A stretch of 64,000 nt of DNA from Octopus sinensis (Eukaryota). Shown piece by piece: positions 25,886 through 42,988 of the stretch. The stretch covers positions 1 to 64,000 of the forward strand of contig NW_021833235.1 in NCBI RefSeq assembly GCF_006345805.1, given 5' to 3'. The position numbers were made by a program, and so were the translations under genes. A model generated the notes under the pieces. It made no database searches. It saw only the letters and a list, made by a program, of their open reading frames with translations, and had not been told where the DNA came from. The stretch's first letter is position 1, and every line of letters starts with the position of its first letter.

Positions 25886-27554
25886 GATATATATATATAT
25901 ACGATGGGCTTCTTCCAGTTTCCGTCTACCAAATCCACTCACAAGGCTTTGGTCGGCCCGAGGCTATAGTAGAAGACACTTGCCCAAGGTGCCACGCAGT
26001 GGGACTGAACCCGGAACCATGTGGTTGGTAAACAAGCTATACTTACCACACAGCCACTCCTGCGCTTTTTGTTTTTTTTTTATTTTTTTAATTTTATTTT
26101 TTTTATAATTTTTACTTAAACCTAACATTGGAACAACAACATCAACAACCACACTAACAAATAACACTGATGATGATGTGCAAATATAATTGATAGTTTG
26201 GAGCCAGAATCACAGGTGTGTTCTTTGGCTGTCCAGATGGTTTAGTCTGTTTATATGAAGAAGAATGCTTGTGGTGGTGGTGGTGGTGGTAGCAGTTTCT
26301 GTTACCTAGGTGAGCTTATTAGCGCTGGTAGTGCTGGTGGTGGTGGTGGCAGCTGGTGGTGTTAGAGGTGGTCTGTTGAGGCAGGATTATAGTGATAAAG
26401 TGCAGTTTAGTTTACTGGAGATTAAGGAAAAAAAGGAAGGATGGAAGTTGGTTTGGTGTGGATGGGGTAGGATGAAGACAAGGCTATTCTGACAGCTGTT
26501 AGTCTCTCTCTCTCTCTCTCTCTCTTTTAATCTCTTGTATTCATTCTCCCCTTCTCTATCTCTCTCTGACTCCCTTGCTTTATTTCTCCCTCTTTCTATC
26601 ACCAGCTCCCTCCTCCTCCTCCTCCTCCTCTCTCTCTCTCTCTCTGACTCCCTTGCTTTATTTTTCCCTCTTTCTATCACCAGCGCCCTCCTCCTCCCCC
26701 TCTCTCGTTCTGTCCTCTTTCATTCTTGCCCTCTCTTTCACTGTCCCCATCTCTCTCACCATCCCTCTCGTACCACCCCCATATACTCTGCCTTACTGTC
26801 CTTCTCCATCTCCATTCACTCTTTCAACCTCCTCTCACTGTCACAATCTTCCTCACCACCCTCTTGTGAGTAGATTTGGTAGACTGAAATTGAAAGAAGC
26901 CCATCGTGTGTGTGTATGTGTGTGTATACGTATTTGTATGTGTGTGTGTTTGTATCCCCATAACTTAGCAGTTTGGTAAAAGAATATATACGCAGGAGTG
27001 GCTGTGTGGTAAGTAGCTTGCTAACCAACCACATGGTTCCGGGTTCAGTGTCACAGCGTGGCATCTTGGGCAAGTGTCTTCTGCTATAGCCTCGGGCCGA
27101 CCAATGCCTTGTGAGTGGATTTGGTAGACGGAAACTGAAAGAAGCCTGTCGTATATATGTATATCTGTATATGTGTGTGTTTGTGTGTTTGTCCCCCTAG
27201 CATTGCTTGACAACCGATGCTGGTGTGTTTACGTCCCTGTCACTTAGTGGTTCGGCAAAAGAGACCGATAGAATAAGTACTGGGCTTACAAAGAATAAGT
27301 CCCGGGGTCGATTTGCTCGACTAAAGGCGGTGCTCCAGCATGACCGCAGTCAACTGACTGAAACAAGTAAAAGAAAAAAGAGTATAGATAAGAATGTGAG
27401 TGTATGTACGTGTGTACATACATACATACATACATACGTACAGACACACGCGATTGAACAGACTCCATAGAGGCTGATCTACATTGGCAAGACTTATATT
27501 AATTAATAAATTTAGTTAGAAGAGTACAGAGAAGAGGCTGTGGTCTTTCCACTC

Positions 27555-27832
27555 CCCATATACTGCATTAATATTCCTCACACTTGCCATTGTGTTGTTG
27601 TCTTGATTGAACTCATAAAGCAAAATATACCGAATATGTTCCTTGTCACTTCCATTATAGCTTTGAAAAAATAACTGCTAAAATCGAACTGCACTCTTCA
27701 AAATTTACACTAAGAATAAGCACAAGGTAAAATTACTGCCTGCTTATATATCAAGTTGATGCAGGTAGTTTATCCCGTTCGCCTGTCTTTTAGTTCTTGC
27801 AGTTGAAAAAATCTGCATTATGGGATGACCCT
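27555..27832 (-). mobile_element. mariner 5' end (TIR plus start of transposase MEVT...)
   Basis: Matches 6020-6130. TIR gcattatgggatgaccc. Confidence 0.75.
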
Positions 27833-28055
27833 AGGCGTGTGTATGTGTGTGTTTGCTTTCCCCCATCGTCACTTGACAACCGATGTTGGTGTGTTTATGT
27901 CTCTGTAACTTAGTGGTTGGCAAAAGAGACCGATGAAATAAGTAGCAGGCTTACAAAGAATAAGTCCTGGGGTCAGTTGCTTCAACTAAAATCCCTTTAA
28001 GGTACTGCTCCTGCATGGGTGTAGTCAAAATGACTGAAACAAGTAAACGTATATA

Positions 28056-28558
28056 TCACCTTGACCGACCAGTCCGTCGGGCGTCCATTTGACACCGCTG
28101 GTCACAGCACGCTGTCCACTCCTCTCTGAATCGCGCCTTTCTCATCCACGTGATCCCAATCATCCTCCTGAAATCGTAACTCCACTGTCGTGGAAGCCTT
28201 CCAGGTGGTCTTTTCCGCTCACGCCGGTACCATTCGACAACTGTGTGCGTCCACTGATTATTGGTGAGCCGGGCGACGTGTCCAGCCCATCTATACTTGC
28301 TGCGTGTATACTCTGCGATGACATCCCTCATGCCGGACTTCTTTCTGATGATCTCGCTACTGATGTGCTCTCTCAACGAGATACCAAGCATTGACTTTCC
28401 CATGGCTCTTTGAGCCGTTACCAGTCTCTGCTCTTCTCTCTTTGTGGTAGCCCATGTTTCACTGCCATATAACATTGCAGGTAGAACTGTAGGTGTTTAA
28501 TGGCATAAGGGATGTGCTCAAGGGAAGGTTGGACAGGACCACCTGTGCCAACCTCATG
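28056..28558 (-). mobile_element. RTE LINE 3' fragment (different subfamily) with short 5' inversion
   Basis: MLYGSETWA...KYRWAGHVAR...RKRPPGR. Confidence 0.8.
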
Positions 28559-28569
28559 AAAAGTATATG

Positions 28570-28606
<37 letters not shown>

Positions 28607-28607
28607 G

Positions 28608-28664
<57 letters not shown>

Positions 28665-28721
28665 ACCGTTGGCGATATTTTTTCCTTTGTCTTCCCTTCT
28701 CTGGATCTTTCCTTCTCCTAT

Positions 28722-28756
28722 GTTTCTGACGAAGAGCTCCGCTCGAAACGTTAAAC
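28722..28756 (+). ncRNA. Minimal type I hammerhead ribozyme motif in a Penelope-pLTR-like repeat (about 28650-28848)
   Basis: gttt CTGACGA a gagc tcc gctc GAAA cgtt aaac, with palindromic AACGTT stem III. Paralogues at 40029-40063 (-) and 47569-47604 (+). Confidence 0.75.
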
Positions 28757-29401
28757 CCTCCTTCTTTCCTGAGCGTCCAATAATACTATATTTGTTCCAC
28801 GTCCTCGCGTTGTTGTGTTTTTTTGTGCTTTCTTGTTTGGATTAACTTTATATATGTATATATATTCTTATGCAAGAATGTCGACTTCAAAGTTTCATTG
28901 TCAAAAACATTCTTGTGTAAGAATGGTAAATTTGTTCTCTACAAAAGTATAGAGCAACCCATCAGGTTAATGTAAATTTATTTTTGTTATAAATGAATAT
29001 AAAAACAAACATTAATATCCAAATAAAGGCTTGAATCTCATCTGGTCGTCTGAGCAGCAGAAGCAGTGGTGATTGTCTTCTGCTGGTGATAGCAATTATG
29101 TGCTTTTAGCACCAAATAACCATATAGAGGTTTTGCTGTCTTGGTAAATATTGCAGAATTTGTGCGTTCTTGCACAACATCCTCTTTTAAGTGGGGAATA
29201 TTTTACTTTTTTTGTAGAAATACTGCTTCTGTTGCTCTCTATTATTTATATATATATATATATATAATATATATATATAACAATTTAGGAAAGGCCTTAA
29301 CAGGCCATTCGTCCACTAGACAGAGCAGCCATAACTCTAACCGCAAAGTAATATAATTCGGAAATAGGTGAAAAATTAAAAACGTTTACCCTAATTCATC
29401 T

Positions 29402-29496
29402 TTTAGACGATGCATCGTTTCTGCGTTTTTAATGATAGACCAGCTTAATTAAATTAAATTAAGCTAATCTACCATAGGTCACGCTTCGTCAGTAAA
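29402..29496 (-). ncRNA. Type I hammerhead ribozyme, canonical core, long stem II, 12-nt palindromic stem III, GUC site
   Basis: ttta CTGACGA a gcgt..atggtagattagcttaat/attaagctggtctatcat..acgc a GAA ACGATGCATCGT C taaa. Confidence 0.8.
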
Positions 29497-29680
29497 GAAA
29501 CCTTTGGTGGAGGCAAATATACACGAGGCTAACGCATCGAAGCCTCTGGAATATCTGTCTTAAATTTTCGAAGACCCGCGCAATCGCGCCAATCTTATCA
29601 GCAGCAAATATAAACTGCCGAATCAATCTCAGAATTAGTCAGAAAATAATCAATTAATCAATTTAGGGTAGTAAAAATAT

Positions 29681-29731
<51 letters not shown>

Positions 29732-29898
29732 ATATAGGTGCAGGCATGGCTATGTGGTAAGAAGCTTGCTTCCCAACCACAAGGTTCCGGGTTCAGTCCC
29801 ACTGTGTGGCACCTTGGGCAAGTGTCTTCTTCTATAGGATCAGGCTCACCAAAGCCTTGTAAGTGGATTTGGTAGACGGAAACTGAAAGAAGCCCGTC

Positions 29899-29937
<39 letters not shown>

Positions 29938-30681
29938 GAGGCGCAATGGCCTAGTGGTTAGGGCAGCAGACTCGCGGTCGTAGGATCGCGGTTTCGATTC
30001 CCAGACCGGGCGTTGTGTGTGTTTATTGAATGAAAACACCTAAAAGCTCCACGATGCTCCAGCAGGGAGTGGTGATCCCTGCTGTACTCTTTCACCACTC
30101 CTCTCACTCCTTCTATTGGCCTGCTCACTTAGCCAGCGAGGTGGTGTCATTCCAAGGCTAAAACGATGCAAACGCATTGTGACCAGCGATGTGTAGCAAC
30201 ATCTGATGGTCTGGTCGGTCACGTGATCATGTGATATATATATATATATATATATATATGCATACATATATATATGTGTATGTGTTAGTTTAGGGGGATG
30301 ATATTATCTGGGTGGATACTGTGATAGCTCTCAATTATGTTCTTGGTTATGGCTAACTGCATTGATCAGTATTTAACATCTATGATGACCAGGAGTTGTT
30401 ACTTGTACTGTAAATTCCTCTGATTAGTAATTCTGAACAAAGCTGCACAGAAGATTATGCCCAGTTGCATATGCGACTGCCTATACTCTGTGCAGCAGAA
30501 CCATGTCTAGGTTGTCATAACCATAAAAATAAGCTGTATGACATTGTAAAAATAAAAAATAAATAAATTTTGAGGATTTACCTGTCTCCATATTCTCTTT
30601 CTTTATAATTATTGTAAATATATGCATGTGTAATTTATATATTAATGTCTGACTTAATTTTAATTATTTCTTTCTCTGCAG

Positions 30682-30781
30682 GACCAAATGTCATCAAGAT
30701 TACTCGGACTTCCAGCAGGAAAAGACAACATGAACCGTTTAGTTCCTGCAGAGGGGAAGTGTATTCCAACCAAATCAATAG
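30682..30781 (+). CDS. LATS1: LATS/Warts kinase, first identifiable coding exon (DQMSSRLLG...PTKSI-G; ATG at 30688)
   Basis: Acceptor tttctttctctgcag|GAC and donor atag|gtgtgt. The exon ends in phase 1 and splices in frame to 35822 (G|GT=Gly, then [13 protein letters not shown]). Upstream exons may exist. Confidence 0.65.
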
Positions 30782-31034
30782 GTGTGTGCTTCCTACCTGT
30801 ATTACCTACCTGTATCGTTGGAATCTTTTACCTGTATTACAGTCTTTGTTTTTGGGTACTCATGGTTCTATAAATTGTCTTCTGAAAGAGTCCTGAAACC
30901 TAAAGTGTCTTCTAACCCTTTTGTTGCCATATTTCTGTTGAAATACACCGTCTGTGTTTTGATTAATGTTTTAAAAATCAAAACAACACCTGTGTTTTAA
31001 TTAATTCATAGGCACAGGAGTGGCTGTGTGTATG

Positions 31035-31071
<37 letters not shown>

Positions 31072-31392
31072 TTGTGTGTCTGTGTTTGTCCCCCTAGCAT
31101 TGCTTGACAACCGATGCTGGTGTGTTTACGTCCCTGTTACTTAGCGGTTCGGCAAAAGAGACTGATAGAATAAGTACTGGGCTTACAAAGAATAAGTCCC
31201 AGGGTCGATTTGCTCGACTAAAGGCGGTGCTCCAGCATGGCCACAGTCAAATGACTGAAACAAGTAAAAGAGTAAATAGAAAAGAGTAATTAATTTTGAA
31301 AATAAAGAATTTCATAAAATAGCTTGGATCCCACTCTGTCCAATGCCTGCATGGTTGAGATACTTGACTGAATGGTGGTTTCTTTGTGGTAC

Positions 31393-31850
31393 CAGCACGG
31401 AGGCCAGGCGAGGCTGGTGATGGCCACAATCGGATGGTGCTTTTTACGCCACCGGCACGGGGGTCAGGTGAGGCTGGCAACGGCCACGATTGGATGGTGC
31501 TTTTTACGTGCCACCGGCATGGGAGCCAGGCGAGGCTGGCAACGGCCACGATCGGATGGTGCTTTTTACGTGCCACCAGGACGGAGGCCAGGCGAGGCTG
31601 GCAACGGCCATGATTGGATGGTGCTTTTTACGTGCCACTGACACGGAGGCCTGGCGAGGCTGGCAACGGCTACGAACGGACCGTGCTTTTTATGTGCCAC
31701 CGACACGGGGGCCAGGCGAGGCTGGCAACGGCCATGATCGGATGGTGCTTTTTACGTGCCACCGGCATGGGGGCCAGGTGAGGCTGGAATCGGCCACGAT
31801 CGGATGGTGCTTTTTACATGCCACCGGCACGGGGGCCAGGCGAGACTGCT
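31393..31850 (-). repeat. About 62-bp tandem repeat derived from RTE 3' UTR (about 7 units)
   Basis: Unit gccaccggcacgggggccaggcgaggctggcaacggccacgatcggatggtgctttttacgt. The same motif occurs in RTE tails at 59680-59900. Confidence 0.85.
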
Positions 31851-32096
31851 GAAAGCTACAAGGTAATGCAGGAGAAATTCAAAAGAAGGAATAAATAAGC
31901 ATTACACTTGATAGAATGATCTGAATGCTAAAGGGTTAAGGTGGATTCTTCTTTCACTGAGCAAAGAAGCAGAACCTCTTGGTCCCTATAGTCTCTTGAT
32001 AGAGATTAAGATGAAGTCTTTTGTGAGTTTCTTGGAGGACTCCACCTCATCTGTCTCTGTTGTGGTTGAGAATGTCAAAGTGGTTGACTGCTTCAC

Positions 32097-32127
32097 TTAG
32101 GGTTAGGGTTAGGGGTTAGGGTTAGGG
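32097..32127 (+). repeat. Short interstitial telomeric sequence (TTAGGG)5 inside an RTE fragment (about 31950-32370)
   Basis: ttaggg ttaggg ttagggg ttaggg ttaggg. Confidence 0.85.
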
Positions 32128-32965
32128 TGATCTCAGGCAGTGAAATCCCTAGTTTCATTAGCTGTGAGTCTGAAGTCCTAAAAAGACTCGGATGAGTTGG
32201 TGCAATTGTGGGGTCATTGCAAAAGGGTGTCTCGCATTGCTGATATGTGAACAGGAGGACAATGGTTAGGGTATTTTAGATCTTCTATAGTTGTGAGACT
32301 TGGATATGGTCCGTGGCCCTTAGGGGGCTGCCCAAACTCTTTTGGCATGATTATGGGCTACCACTGGTCGTATTTGTGTGGTAAGTAGCTTGCTAACCAA
32401 CCACATGGTTCTGGGTTCAGTCCCACTGCGTGGCACCTTGGTCAAGTGTCTTCTCCTATAGCCCTGGGCCGACCAATGCCTTGTGAGTGGATTTGGTAGA
32501 CGGAAACTGAAAGAAGCCTATCGTATATATGTGTATATATATATATATATATGTGTGTGTGTATGTGTGTGTGTTTGTGTGTCTGTGTTTGTCCCCCTAG
32601 CATTGCTTGGCAACCGATGGTGGTGTGTTTACATCCCCGTCACTTAGCGGTTCGGCAAAAGAGACCGATGGAATAAGTACTGGGCTTACAAAAGAATAAG
32701 TCCCGGGGTCGATTTGCTCGACTAAAGGCGGTGCTCCAGCATGGCCGCAGTCAAATGACTGAAACAAGTAAAAGAGTAACCAATGACTGCTCAGAAACCA
32801 GGACGTGTCCTGTTCCTTGTAAGATTTGAGAAAGCCAGTTCAAACAGTTTGGCCATGCTGCTTGATTTGGAACTCGGAATCTAAAAATGGACGAAATACC
32901 TCGAAGCATTTTGCCCGGTGTGTTAACACTGCCAGTTCACTGCATCTTTATTTATTATTATTTTT

Positions 32966-33748
32966 TATTTCTTTATTGCCCACAAGTGACTAAACATAGA
33001 GGGGACAAACAAGGACAAACAAAGGGATTAAGTCGATTACATCGACCCCAGTGCGTAACTGGTACTTAATTTATCGACTCCAGAAGGATGAAAGGCAAAG
33101 TTGACCTTGGCGGAATTTGAACTCAAGAAAGTAGCTGCAGACGAAATACCTATTTCTTTATTACCCACAAGGGGCTAAACACATAGGGGACAAACAAGGA
33201 CAGACATAAGTATTAAATTGACTACATCGACCCCAGTGCGTAACTAGTACTTAATTTATCGACCCCGAAAGGATGAAAGGCAAAGTCGGCCTCGGCAGAA
33301 TTTGAACTCAAGAACGTAGCGGCAGATGAAATACTTATTTCTTTATTACCCACAAGGGGCTAAACACAGAGGGGACAAACAAGATCAGACAAACAGATTA
33401 AGTCTATTATATCAACCTCAATACGTAACTGGTACTTATTTAATCGACCCCGAAAGGATGAAAGGCAAAGTCGACCTCGGCGGAATTTGAACTCAGAACA
33501 TAACGGCAGACGAAATACCTATTTCTTTACTACCCACAAGGGGCTAAACACAGAGGGGACAAACAAGGACAGACGTAGGTATTAAGTCGATTACATCGAC
33601 CCCAGTGCGTAACTGGTACTTAATTTATCGACCCCAAAAGGATGAAAAGCAAAGTTAACCTCGGCGGAATTTGAACTCAGAATGTAGCGGCAGAGGAAAT
33701 ACCGCTAAGCATTTCGCCCGGTGTGCTAACCATTCTGCCAGCTCGGCG
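32966..33748 (-). repeat. Tandem array of SINE family C: one head plus four about 185-bp bodies, followed head-to-head by a + copy
   Basis: Units start atttcttta.t.cccacaag at about 32966, 33151, 33337 and 33521. Monomers at 225-390, 10068-10302, 12840-13073 and 62515-62725. Confidence 0.85.
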
Positions 33749-34985
33749 GTGAGCTGGCAGAATTGTTAGCATTCTGAGCAAAATGCTTCACGACATTTCG
33801 TCCATCTTTACATGCTGGGTTCAAATGTCCCTGAAGTCAACTTTGTCTTTCATCCATTCGGGATAGATGAATTAATCACCAGCAACTTATTCCTTCCCTT
33901 GTGCAAAAATTTGAAATAGTCATCATCATTATTATTATTATTAAGAAGGCGGCAAGTGAAATCGGAATCGAACCAATGCTATGACTGGCACCCGGCAGTT
34001 GCCAGGACCGCTGGACTGACTCCCGTGCAGGTGGCAAGGGAAGAAACACCATTTCAACCCTGTGCTTGAGGAGATCCTATCCGAATCGTGGCCGATGCCA
34101 GCGCCGTCTTGACTGGCTTCCGTGCCGGTGGCACGTAAAATGCACCAATCCGATTGTGGCTGTTGCTAGCGTCGTCTGGCACCTGTGCTGGTGGCATGTA
34201 AAAAGCACCCACTACACTCACGGAATGGTTGGCGTTAGGAAGGGCATCCAGCCGTAGAAACTTTGCCAGATCAGATGAGCCTGGTGCAGCCTTCTGGCTT
34301 CCCAAACCCCAGTTGAACCATCCAACCCATGCTAGCATGGAGAACGGACGCTAAACGATGATGAAGGCAGAGAACTGGCAGAAATGTATGATGGGTAAAA
34401 TGCTTAACAGTATTTCGTCTGCCACTACGTTCTGAGTTCAAATTCTGCCAAGGTAAACTTTGCCTTTCATCCTTTTGGGGTCAATGAAATAAGGACCAGT
34501 TGAACACTAGGAAGTCAATGTAATTGACTTAACCCCTCTCTCAAAATTTCAAGCCTTGTACCTTTAGCATAAATTATTATTATCATTATTATTATTGAGT
34601 GAGAGAGCAGTTCATGCCATCAAAGTGACACAGGGGTACAAATATACGAAGCCCAGTATACCCATCATGACTACCTGTCTGATAAGGGTACACCAGGCAC
34701 ATGCATCACAACCATATGTGCACGACATGGTGATCTCATGACAAGATAAACAGCGCATGACCTTGCGGGTGGGCCCAGTTAGAATTTTCTTCAGGTTGAG
34801 TAGCCCATCCCGCTCAAAAGGTCCCTGAATAAGGATTGTTTAAGGATGTTGAACGAAACATACATGTTTCTAGAGGTGAATTATTCAAACCCCAAAGAAT
34901 TCCTCTCAACACATGGCTATGATGCTCCCCCACTACTTTTGATTGTGATTAGAGATGCACATATCGTCAGCCACCAAGGGACATG

Positions 34986-35357
34986 CTCAACTGGTTACGG
35001 TCAAACAACTGACAAGCAAATCTGTGGTATTGAGCAGAATATTTGCTATAACCCATATTATTCAACTGGCTAAGGTCAAACAACTGACAAGCAAATCTGT
35101 GGTATTGAGCAGAATTTTTGCTATAACCCATATTATTCAACTGGTTAAGGTCAAACAACTGACAAGCAAATCTGTGGTATTGAGCAGAATTTTTGCTATA
35201 ACCCATATTATTCAACTGGTTAAGGTCAAACAACTGACAAGCAAATCTGTGGTATTGAGCAGAATATTTGCTATAACCCATATTATTCAACTGGTTAAGG
35301 TCAAACAACTGACAAGCAAATCTGTGGTATTGAGCAGAATATTTGCTGTAGCCCATC
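34986..35357. repeat. 75-bp tandem repeat x5 inside a (TTA)n-flanked repeat element (about 34597-35455)
   Basis: Units at 34986, 35061, 35136, 35211 and 35286. Confidence 0.92.
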
Positions 35358-35452
35358 TTTTATACCAAGACAAAACAATGATAACATGATAACACTTCCA
35401 ATCAGTTAAGATCAGAAGCCATGAGAGCCACTGCCTGGTACTGCATCAGGGC

Positions 35453-35483
<31 letters not shown>

Positions 35484-35721
35484 CTTATTATTATTTAAAA
35501 AAATCGTTAGCACACTGGGCAAAATGCTTAGTGGTATCTTGCCTGCCTTTACGTTCTGAGTTCCAATTCCACCGATGTCGACTTTGCCTTTCATCCTTTT
35601 GGGGTCGATGAAATAAGGGACCAGTGAAGCACTGGAGTCAATATAATCTACTTACCCCTTTTCCCTAAATTTCAGGCCTTGTGTTTATAGTAGAAAGGGT
35701 TGAGCACTGGTGCCAATGTAA

Positions 35722-39285
<3,564 letters not shown>

Positions 39286-39383
39286 TAAGTACAATTTTTT
39301 TCTTTTCTTTATTTATTATTATTGTTGTTGTTGTTGACTTTGTTTTTCAGTCACCCACTCCTTGATTGGTATTGTTTATATAT

Positions 39384-39416
<33 letters not shown>

Positions 39417-40395
39417 GTGGAGGCGCAATGGCCCAGTGGTTAGGGCAGCAGACTCGCAGTCATAGGATTGCGGTTTCGATTCCCAGACCGGGCATTGTGA
39501 GTGTTTATTGAGTGAAAACATCTAAAGCTCCAAGAGGCTCCGGCAGGGGGTGGTGGCGATCCCTGCTGTACTCTTTCGCCACAACTTTCTCTCACTCTTT
39601 CTTCTGTTGGCCAGCTCGCTTAGCCAGTGGGGTGGCGTCATTTGAAGGCTAAAAAACAATGCGAGGCGCATTGTGACCAGCAATGTGTAGCAACATCTGA
39701 TAGGTCGGAAAAAAAAATATATATATCATCATCATCTAGTTTTTTAAATCTGTGTTTTGTCCCAGTTAACGGGGTGTCTGGATTTATCTCAGTGCCATAG
39801 TAACTGCCCTCATGCCATCTTGTCTGGTTTCTTAAGCCAAACCTCCCAATCTCCTCCACCTGTCCCCTCTGTGTTTTTTTTGGTTTACCTCACTTTCGCA
39901 GTCCCAACTATATATATATACATATATATATAGTTAATCCAAACATAAAAACACAGAGAAAACACAACACGAGGACGTAGAACAAATATAGTATTATTGG
40001 ACACTCATGAAGGAAGGGAAGAAGGAGGGTTTAACGTTTCGAGCGGAGCTCTTCGTCGGAAACATAAGAGAAGGAAAGATCCAGAGAAGGGAAGACAGCG
40101 GAAAAAAAATTGCCAACGGTACACACGCGGTCACATTTTAGATTCAGATGAATATGGTACTTAAGGTGAGGCACCAGAATTTAGTACGGTGTTTATCTCC
40201 TTAATTTCTTGGAGATTTTAGGTGTAATTATACTAATGTGTCCATCTGTTCTAATTTAATTAAATTCTATGTCTTTGTGCAGCTGAGGATTGCTCTGCAT
40301 TTTAAATTGATGTAATGATTGCATTGTCAAATCAAATAGAATTGCATGAAATGATCGTACTGCATTACCTCTGGATATCCTTGTTGCTTGTTTTG

Positions 40396-40426
<31 letters not shown>

Positions 40427-42417
40427 TATCTCAGACACGACTCCAGGTCATCAGCATCACTTGGGCTCATCACAAATTTTGCATAAAACACATGCCTGTT
40501 CAAAGAATTTCACATTTACCCCACAATATTTCTACCCCTAAATGTCTTATTTATTATCTATATCTTGCACTATGTCTTTCTCCATTTCTAAGTTAAGGGT
40601 AAAAATAAAACAACAAATAAAATAGGTGCAGGAGTGGCTGTGTGGTAAGTAGCTTGTTTACCAACCACATGGTTCTGGGTTCAGTCCCACTGCGTGGCAC
40701 CTTGGGCAAGTGTCTTCTACTATAGCCTCGGGCCGACCAAAGCCTTGTGAGTGGATTTGGTAGACGGAAACTGAAAGAAGCCTGTTGTATATATGTATAT
40801 ATATGTATGTGTGTGTATATGTTTGTGTGTCTGTGTTTGTCCTCCCAGCATTGCTTGACAACTGATGCTGGTGTGTTTATGTCCCCGTCACTTAGCAGTT
40901 CGGCAAAAGAGACCGATAGAATAAGTACTGGGCTTACAAAGAATAAGTCCCGGGGTCGATTTGCTCGATTAAAGGCGGTGCTCCAGCATGGCCACAGTCA
41001 AATGACTGAAAGAAGTAAAAAAAAAATAAAACAACCCTGCAATACACAACTGATCTTTACACACAGATGCACAGAATAGCAGTAATCAAATAACGACAGC
41101 TGAGTGCACAACAGACATCAGCGATCTGATTCTTGATCGCCTGTCCTCTTGGCAAGAAATGCCATTTAGTCTTTTACACCTACCAGGCTCATTCGTATTA
41201 GCCCGAGTTGCTGGATAATCTTTAGTTCTTTCAAGAATATTGTAGAATGGAAACTTTTCATAGATTGGAATTTAAACCCTCATCTCTACAGAAATTTATT
41301 GTTTCAAGAAAACATTGATTTTGAATTACTTTTAATTTTTACGATTATAGATAACAACTCGGGCTGTAACTTCTGAGCCCGAGTCAGGCGTGCGTGAATG
41401 ATGTTGAGAGAATGTCTGCTACGAATGATATTTTTTGACATCGCACTTCTAAGACGACCGCCAGATGCTGAACAAAAATTGACTGTGACGAGGCTTAATA
41501 AAATATGCATATATATTTTATTTATATATATATATATATATATAATATAATATATATATATATATGCCTTCGAAACATGCTAGAGTCGAACTAGTGACAG
41601 CTGATGAAGGGGATTTTTCCTGTGTAGTATGTCCTGTACTCTGTTTTTCTGTTGTAAAAAATGGTTTTCCCGTTTTCGTTTCTCGTTGAGTTCTACGTCT
41701 AGTTGTGGTGTCCTGTACTCACGTATATATATTTATATATGCATGTATATATACATGTAGATGTAGGTACGTGCATATATGTTTGTATGTATGCATATAT
41801 TTTATTTATTACACTATATATATATAATATATATATATATATACACACATACACACACATGTATATATATTCACAACACACACACACACACACACATATA
41901 TATATCATCATCATCGTTTAACGTCCGTTTTCCGCGCTAGCATGGGTTGGACGGTTCGACCGGGGTCTGGGGAGCCAGGGGCTGCCCCAGGTTCCAGTCT
42001 TATCTGGCAATGTTTCTACAGCTGGATGCCCTTCCTAACGCCAACCACTCCGCGAGTGTAGTGGGTGCTTTTTATCGTGCCACCTGCACAGGTGCCAGAG
42101 GGGTCTGGCATTGGCCACGATCGGTTGGTGCTTTTTTTTATGTGCTACCGGCACAGAAGCCAGTCAAGGCGGTGCTGGCATCGGCCACGTTCAGAGCATA
42201 TATATTCACATACATATATTCACACACACACACACGTGTGTGTGTGTATAAGAAAAGAAATGGAGTAACAATTAGAAGTTGATCATTGGTATTAAAAGGT
42301 CATAATTTAATTGTAGTTAAAAAAACATTCACAAGTGTCTCAGTTTGTTGTTTGTGAAGTAAATTTGCATTTATCTCATTCTATTTAACAAACATCATCA
42401 GAATGATTTAGAGTTTA

Positions 42418-42988
42418 CTAGCAGTATCGCCTGTCGTTGCTCGGGTTTGTAAGGGAAATAACTATACAGCATTTTTAGAGAGTTATAGCCAAAAAATAGC
42501 AAAAAAATGCATTAAAAATGGAAAAAATATGATGGTAATTTTTTTTAAAAATCGTTGACTCATCGTAGACATTTTTAGAGAGTTACTTCCCTTTAAAAAA
42601 ATATGCATGAAAATGGAAAAAAATGATGGTGAATTATTTTTAAAATCGTAGACTCATCGTAGACATTTTTAGAGAGTTACTTCCCTTTAAAAAAATATGC
42701 ATGAAAATGGAAAAAAATGATGGTGAATTATTTTTAAAATCGTAGACTCATCGTAGACATTTTTAGAGAGTTACTTCCCTTTAAAAAAATATGCATGAAA
42801 ATGGAAAAAAATGATGGTGAATTATTTTTAAAATCGTAGACGCGTGCTAATACCCAGAAGGGCTCGATATGAATCATGACTATAAGATACCCGGTTTTGG
42901 TTAAACTGCACCTCAAAATGTGGGAGTAGTTAGGAATCTAAATCGAAGGGGACAGACACTCATACAACTACAGTTTTATATATATAGA
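42418..42988 (-). mobile_element. Non-autonomous Helitron with internal about 94-bp tandem repeats
   Basis: Minus strand A|TCTATATATATAAAAC...cccgagcaacgacaggc hairpin...CTAG|T, with no TSD. Confidence 0.82.

Noticed and set aside
30382-30436. C/D box snoRNA (ATGATGA...CTGA)
   Set aside because: Short, no terminal stem, no recognisable rRNA guide.
41566-41625. Permuted hammerhead (GAAACATGC...CTGATGA)
   Set aside because: No valid NUH site or consistent stems; probably fragments of a decayed pLTR.
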